From positions 66,216,001 through 66,280,000 of the forward strand of contig OX597827.1 in assembly GCA_951406725.2 (NCBI GenBank): DNA of 64,000 nt, in the 5' to 3' direction. The position numbers were made by a program, and so were the translations under genes. The notes beneath the pieces were generated by a model, which ran no database searches, had not been told where the DNA came from, and saw only the letters and a program-made list of their open reading frames with translations. Every line of letters begins with the position of its first letter. Position 1 is the stretch's first letter. Of this stretch, positions 56,612 through 64,000 are shown piece after piece. Source of the stretch: Octopus vulgaris (Eukaryota).

Positions 56612-56962
56612 TTTATTCTTTTATTTGTTTCAGTTATTTGACTGCGGCCAGGCTGGAGCACCACCTTTAGTCGAATAAATCGACCCCCAGGACTTATTCT
56701 TTGTAAGCCTAGTACTTATTCTGTCGGTCTTCTGCCGAACCGCTAAGTTACGGGGACGTAAACACATCAACATCGGTTGGACAAACACAAACACTCAAAT
56801 ACACACACATACACAATATATACGACGGGCTTATTTCACTTTCCGTCTGCCAAATCCACTCACAAGGCTTTAGTCGGCCCGAGGCAATAGTAGAAGACAC
56901 TTGCCCAATGTTCCACGCAGTGGGACTGAACATGGAACCGTATGGTTTGTAAGCAAGCTACT
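56612..56962 (-). mobile_element. SINE family B
   Basis: Reverse complement of family B. Confidence 0.88.
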
Positions 56963-57489
56963 TATCTCCTGCACACACACACATATATATAGTGTGTGTG
57001 TATGTGTGAGAGAGAGAGTGAGAAAGAAAATGTCACAAATAAATTATATTCCTGTATGTGAAGTATTTTCAAAACTTTAGTCTTTTTAGTTTTTTTTTTA
57101 AATAATTCACATTAATTCGATCAGATTAATTTCGAATCGATCTCCTCCTACTTACGTGTTGTAGCTTTTGCTGAGTTACTGTTATTGATATATTTCCGTA
57201 TATGACTGGGTTTCTTTCATGCGTGTGTGTTAGTGTTATTGTCTTGTTGCTATGTACTAGCATCTTACTGTGAATTATTAATTACTTTTATGAAGTAACT
57301 TTATTTTAAAAGTTTTTTTAGTTTGTATTTTATTTATTTTATTTATTTTAGTTATTGCACTTCTTAATATTTGTTGTCGCAGAAGTCAACCCCAGTTGCT
57401 AGGTCTTAAGTCAGATATTTAAATTATTGGTTTCTTTGCTCAAGCCACTCTCAAGTACGAAAATGAACGAACGACGTACACTGCGCGCA

Positions 57490-57528
57490 CATGCACACAC
57501 ACACATATACACACACGCATGCATACAT

Positions 57529-57561
<33 letters not shown>

Positions 57562-57591
57562 TACATACATACATACATACATACATACACA

Positions 57592-57661
<70 letters not shown>

Positions 57662-57670
57662 TACATACAT

Positions 57671-57701
<31 letters not shown>

Positions 57702-57722
57702 TATACATACATACATACATAC
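57490..57722. repeat. (CA)n/(CATA)n compound microsatellite
   Basis: Directly visible. Confidence 0.95.
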
Positions 57723-58198
57723 GAGTATGTATCGTACGAGAGGGAGCAGAAAAATTCCTGGTTTGGGTAAAACAAAATAGAGAAAGGTCATTGAATTATG
57801 ATTTTATTCAACATATTTCTCTCTCAGATTCAAACACTTATTGCAGTGATCCTTCAATTTTATCTAAACGTTAGAAAAGAACTTGGAATACTGGGCATTC
57901 AACGAGGCCTTTCGCAGTACTCTTAAAGCCAGAAACCTTTCAGTAAACCTCGTTTAGTATGTTACTGTCATGGAGTTTCTTAGAGTAGTAGAAAAGGAAT
58001 ATTTATCTCCTATTTCTAAATTCGGTATGTGGTGAAGCAATTAGCTGAACCCTAATTATAATTATGTTTATAATTATAAAATATATGTATAATTTTACCT
58101 ATAAAGTTTAATTTAACGCACCGATCTACTTGTTAAAATTATTAGTTAATTCATTGATTACTTTATTAATTTAGATGATAAATTTTACCCTTTTATCA

Positions 58199-58259
<61 letters not shown>

Positions 58260-58821
58260 TTTTATGTGACTACTACCAGAGAATTTCCATGCTGATATTC
58301 AGCCGCAAGGTGTTGGCTGTTCCGATGATATCGTAGGAGAAGCTCAATTTGCTGCGCCGAGAGACTACAACATTAACTGTGTCGTTTCTAACTAGTTTAA
58401 TAACCACACAGTGACGACATCGTTTGAATTTTGAAACTTAGTATATACGTATTTATTGATGTTTTGAGAAAAATAAAAAAAAGTATTGTGTTGGCATTTA
58501 TTTAAAATACTTATATGTTTTCTTGTACTGGGAATGAAATATATTCCATAAAATGTTTTAAAAAATATACCGAATGGAAATTTAAGGAAATCTTAAAGTG
58601 AAACAAAAAAGAATAAGAGAATGAAATTACAAAATTCAAGACAGGAAGAACTTTATATAAAATATTCACTTCACACACTTCGATGCACATACATTTCGGT
58701 GACATAAGTTGAAACAAAGTATGTGGCTTTAACACCTACTCTTTTTTTATTCTAAAGTATTCTATTCCAGTTCAGTTTTTATGACAAATTATTTTATTCA
58801 AAACAATTTTATTTTCGTCAG

Positions 58822-58889
<68 letters not shown>

Positions 58890-58895
58890 ATATAC

Positions 58896-58930
<35 letters not shown>

Positions 58931-59085
58931 ATTGAGTAGTTGAATGAATTATCTTATTATGGATAATTCGGTTAACCGATACCTGGGTAGCAAATTCACG
59001 TCAGAAAAACACAGTTGAAGTTACATGCCTAGGGCAGAGATCACGTGCTATCGTCTGGAAATTTGTGTCTTTTTTTAAATACAAA

Positions 59086-59335
59086 TAAATGAAAGAATGG
59101 AGTTGAACGACGAATTAACAAAATTCCTTTATTTTATTTTCGACATATGTTTCGAAGGCTGCATATTCCTAATTTCGAAGGAATAAGGGGTGCATTATGC
59201 CGCCTTCTCATCACGAAAAGTAAGGAACTTATGTCAGCATCAAGATGCACAAAAACTTTTAGATGACTGCCCACGGACAGTCATCTAAATAAAATGAAGG
59301 GATTTTGTTAATTCGTCGTTCAACTCCATTCTTTC

Positions 59336-59340
<5 letters not shown>
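59086..59340 (-). mobile_element. Penelope-type pLTR fragment with ~50 bp inverted ends and internal hairpin
   Basis: 59086-59136 is the reverse complement of 59290-59340; ends in (TA)n. Confidence 0.7.
59137..59219 (-). ncRNA. Type I hammerhead-like motif (C3G substitution)
   Basis: ttttc GTGATGA gaaggc...gccttc GAAA CATATG TC gaaaa; all three helices intact, palindromic helix III, GUC triplet. Confidence 0.7.
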
Positions 59341-59376
<36 letters not shown>

Positions 59377-60807
59377 CATATTGCATCGGGCCGACCATTC
59401 CCTTGCGAGTGGATTAGGTAGACGAAAACTGAAAGAAGGCCGTCGTATATGTATATATACATTTATTATGCACATATATATATGTATATATATATAGTGA
59501 TTTATGTTTGAGAGATATAAACGTTATGGACTGCAAACATACAAAAAGTATAGGCTTAGCTTGTTTTCTGGATGCGCTGGTTCATAACATTTGGAGACGA
59601 CATCTTATAACACAATGTGTTAAAACAACCGTAAATCATAATGAATTCGATATTTGATTTTACCCGTGATGTACCGGAACATACACCGAATCAAAACTTG
59701 TCCCTATCTACAGGGAACCAATCAACACAAACATATACATACATACAAAATATGAAAACACACACGAAAAAATAACAAGACGTCGTCAAATTTATTACCA
59801 ATCAAAACTTTGGCAGTTGCCAGTAAAGCTTGTACACAAAATATCTTCCGATTCCACCCCCACTAAAAATAAAAGTACGTGAAAAGAAAGAGACTAGAAC
59901 ACGAAGAACACTACGACAGAAATTGTGAAAAAAAGCACTTATTCTTTGTCACTCAATTTTTTCCCTCTCTGTCTTACCCACGTATTTTATATAAAAAAAC
60001 TCTATATATTATGATTTTCCATGATGTTATGATTCTTTATGATCATTTAACTTCATATGATAAATCCCTGAGAAACTCATTGAAATTTCTGTCAGCATTT
60101 GAATATTTTAAACTCTGATAAAAACCACTTTGTTTTATATATGTTTTAATTCATTGCTAGCGAAGACATTGATGAAACTAGTTTGGTATGTGAACAAATT
60201 TATTTAAAAACAACTACGCATTCAAGCGTGTTTCAAACCCCAAAACAAATTCTCGTACAATTTCTCCTGCGAGGAATACACAACTTTCCCTATATATATA
60301 TTAGTTATAACATACAGTATACATTTAAACACATAAGGAATCCACTCGTGGGATTCAACGCGCTAGAAAGAACAGCTTGGTTCTATAATCACAAAATTTA
60401 GGGATAGAATTCGACAGGAACGAAATAAAAAAATAAAAACATTTTACCATCAAGTTTCCTGGACCAATTGGTTTCTGATTTTAGTTTGGCAAGTAAATAA
60501 CATTTACTCGCGAGGTGAAATCCTCTTCAGCAGGAACACCTTGGGTTAAATATATAAACACGAGGCGATAAAACTATGTGCCTCTTGTTTATACATAGTA
60601 ATTTTTTACAAAATTTACTGCGCATACGCAGCCCTTTGCCGGCAGTAAACGTGTGCCAACTTTTAAAAACCGAAAATTATCCAAAAACTTACAATACTTA
60701 ATTATATGAAAGGGAAATGGAAATTTATTAAAATTTTCCTTTCCAGTGGCCTAACGTGTAAACATTTAATCCAAAGACTATGTATTAGTCATAACATACA
60801 GTGTACA

Positions 60808-60896
60808 TTGACAAATTAAATTTGAATGTTGAAGTGAATCTAACGGATTTTGTATGTTTTGAAATAGCTTATAAACACCTTCCACGCTACAACTGT

Positions 60897-60900
<4 letters not shown>
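60808..60900 (+). mobile_element. 3' fragment of the G3:C8 hammerhead-bearing family, running into (TA)n
   Basis: Matches 42919-42997; duplicate begins at 63014. Confidence 0.8.
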
Positions 60901-60934
<34 letters not shown>

Positions 60935-61129
60935 CTGGAAACAGAAATTTCAAAATATAAACCATGAAGTAAATGGCTGGGTCAAGTTTATCAGACTAAT
61001 CTGTGACAGAACAAAATATTTTTTTTAAAGATAGATGGCGCTAGGGTGAATGCTTTTCTTCATTTACTTTTGAACCTGTAGAAATTTTTACATTAAAATC
61101 TGAGTCAAATTAGTAACTTTCAAAAGTTT

Positions 61130-61478
61130 CAGTAATTTGACTATGGTCATGCCGGAGCACCGCTTTTTTTCGACCAAATCGACCCCAGGACTTATTATTT
61201 GTAAGCTTCTTGGCCAAACCGCTACGTTACGGGGACGTAAACACACCAGCATCGGTTGTCAAGCGATGTTGCGGGGACAAACTCAGACACACAAACATAT
61301 ATATATATATATATATGTATACGATGGGCTTCTTTCAGTTTTTGTCAACGAAATCCACTCACAAGGCTTTAGTTGTCCCCAGGCTATAGTAAAATACACT
61401 TGCCCAAGGTTCCACACAGTGGGACTGAACCCGAAACCATGTGGTTCGTTAGCAAGTTACTTACCACACAGCCACGCC
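61130..61478 (-). mobile_element. SINE family B
   Basis: Reverse complement of family B. Confidence 0.88.
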
Positions 61479-63099
61479 TACGCCTACGCATTTGTTATAA
61501 TTTTAATAAGTTTTTACGTTTATAATTTACATTTCTACTATAGTTCCAAGTAATGAAGTTTTTCAAAAATGCGTCTTGGCGAACACATTCCTTCCTGTGC
61601 CTGACTGGTACTTTTTTTTATTCTTCTACGAAACGATAATCACATCTTGGTTTGTTTTGTTTTTTTTTGTTTTTTTGTGGTGTGGGGTCTACCCTCTACT
61701 AAGTCGTTGTTTATATTTCTGTATCCGGCGGCACCATTCTTAATCTACACGAAAGCCTTACAATAGAGTTCATTAGGAATCTACAGTGTCTTTCTTCATC
61801 CGCAGTAGGGAACTTCCTCCTATTCCATTTCCTCTTTTGTTATGATGGATTTCATTTATTGGTTCACCTGACTATCCGTTTTCATTCTCGAAGTTTATAA
61901 ACTTTCCTCGCAGAATCTCATACCCCCTAAACATATCGACTGATCCTCTCATCTGTTCTTCTTTTCCTCATTTCTTTCTTTTTACATTTTTCTTTTTGTC
62001 TCTTTATTAGCCACAAGAGCCCAAAATAGACGGGGACAAAAAAGGACAGACAAGACACCACAGAGGGGACAATACAAAAAAACGAATATGAATGAGATGA
62101 TTATATGACAATGAGGTTATGAATGGCTGCATGCACCCCTCATCACATTCAGTACCATTAATCTTTTTTTTCAGTCCATTTTTATCATGTATATAACAAT
62201 TATCATGTTACATACCATTGCAAGTATTTGAACTGTTATATTCATGCTCTACAATTGATCTTCTATTTTCCAATATTTTTTAAACATAACATAAAACACT
62301 TTACTCTTTCGTTTTTTTCTCTTTTTCCTCCTTTTTCTTTTCTTCTTTTTCATGTCAATTTAACATACTTACTTTCATTTTTCTCTCTTTTTCCTCCTTT
62401 TTCTTTTCTTTTTTTTTTCCTGTCAATTTAACATACTTTCATTTTAATAGTACTTCATCAACGGTTCGATTTCTATAAAATCCACTACGGATGGCAATTC
62501 TTTGAAATCCACACTTAATCCTGGTGGGTCAATACTATCTCCACGCATTTCTTCCAGTTTCTTGTAATTTTCCTTTTCGATCACTATCGCCTTTATATCA
62601 TCTGCATATATGAATGGTAGTACTTTCACTCTTACTATTTGATTAAAGTTGACTATCTTCTTCTCTGTTTCTACATTTTTTTCATTCTTCTTTTATCATT
62701 CCATTTTCCCCCATTGCTTCCTCGTTTTCCTTTCATTTTATCATGTCTTCTTTCTCTATTCATTTCTATAAACACCTTTTTCCTCATATATCACACTGGC
62801 ATTAAAACTATGTGCCTCATATCAAGATCATAGTAATATTATTCTGCTAATCTCGTTACGCCCTCTTTGCCGGCAGTAAACGTTCTATTTTAAAAACCGA
62901 AAATTATAAACTTACAATACTAATTTCCATGATTTATTAAAATTTTTTTCAGTGGCCTAACGTGTAAACATTTAATCCAAAGACTATGTATTAGTCATAA
63001 CATACAGTGTACATTGACAAATTAAATTTGAATGTTGAAGTGAATCTAACGGATTTTGTATGTTTTGAAATAGCTAATACACCTTCTACGGGTATTTGT

Positions 63100-63135
<36 letters not shown>

Positions 63136-63330
63136 CTGGAAACAGAAATTTCAAAATATAAACCATGAAGTAAATGGCTGGGTCAAGTTTATCAGACTAA
63201 TCTGTGACAGAACAAAATATTTTTTTTAAAGATAGATGGCGCTAGGGTGAATGCTTTTCTTCATTTACTTTTGAACCTGTAGAAATTTTTACATTAAAAT
63301 CTGAGTCAAATTAGTAACTTTCAAAAGTTT

Positions 63331-63678
63331 CAGTAATTTGACTATGGTCATGCCGGAGCACCGCTTTTTTTCGACCAAATCGACCCCAGGACTTATTATT
63401 TGTAAGCTTCTTGGCCAAACCGCTACGTTACGGGGACGTAAACACACCAGCATCGGTTGTCAAGCGATGTTGCGGGGACAAACTCAGACACACAAACATA
63501 TATATATATATATATATATGTATACGATGGGCTTCTTTCAGTTTTTGTCAACGAAATCCACTCACAAGGCTTTAGTTGTGCCCAGGCTATAGTAAAATAC
63601 ACTTGCCCAAGGTTCCACACAGTGGGACTGAACCCGAAACCATGTGGTTCGTTAGCAAGTTACTTACCACACAGCCAC
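63331..63678 (-). mobile_element. SINE family B (duplicate of 61130-61478)
   Basis: Near-identical to copy 1. Confidence 0.88.
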
Positions 63679-64000
63679 GTGTAATTTTAATAATGTTTAT
63701 AATACATTTATAAACAAGTTTTATGTTTATAATTTTACTTCTACGAAACGATAATCACACTTATTTGTTTTGTTTTGTTTTGTGGTGTTCTACCCTCTAC
63801 TAAGTCGTTGTTTATATTTCTGTATCCGGCGGCACCATTCTTAATCTACACGAAAGCCTAATAAAAAATCAGAAAATATTTTGTTTTTTGAATTTTTTGT
63901 GTGATTTTAAATTGGTTCACCTGACACTCTCAGATCATCATTCTAAGTCTTATAATTTTTTTTTTTATCTTTCTTTATTCCTCTCATCTGTTTCCTCTTT

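Larger units (their letters stand above)
60570..61880 (+). repeat. Copy 1 of a local duplication (copy 2 about 62803-63925, offset ~2.2 kb)
   Basis: Central ~900 bp almost identical, including the SINE and pLTR fragment; edges differ by deletions. Confidence 0.9.

Overview
AT-rich, repeat-saturated eukaryotic non-coding DNA. The microsatellite density and the SINE families suggest a cephalopod (Octopus-like) genome; this is an inference. No host protein-coding gene can be supported, and almost all listed ORFs are translations of microsatellites or SINEs. Real coding content is retroelement-derived: a 5'-truncated R4/Dong-type LINE (RT, CCHC, REL endonuclease) sitting in (TAA)n with two further Dong-type fragments, a 5'-truncated Penelope-like element (RT + GIY-YIG) between (TA)n tracts, two CR1/L2-group LINE 3' ends and an RTE remnant. 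The window also holds four tRNA-derived SINE families (about 30 copies), non-autonomous Helitrons, Merlin-like MITEs carrying telomeric repeats, foldback elements, a templated insertion and a local duplication. The main discovery candidate is a set of non-coding, (TA)n-associated, Penelope-type elements, each carrying a minimal type I hammerhead-ribozyme-like motif with a palindromic helix III. The core 3:8 pair covaries between families (C3:G8, G3:C8, U3:A8). The set includes a young 545-546 bp retrozyme-like tandem array with an inverted 5' copy. All ribozyme calls are by eye and untested.
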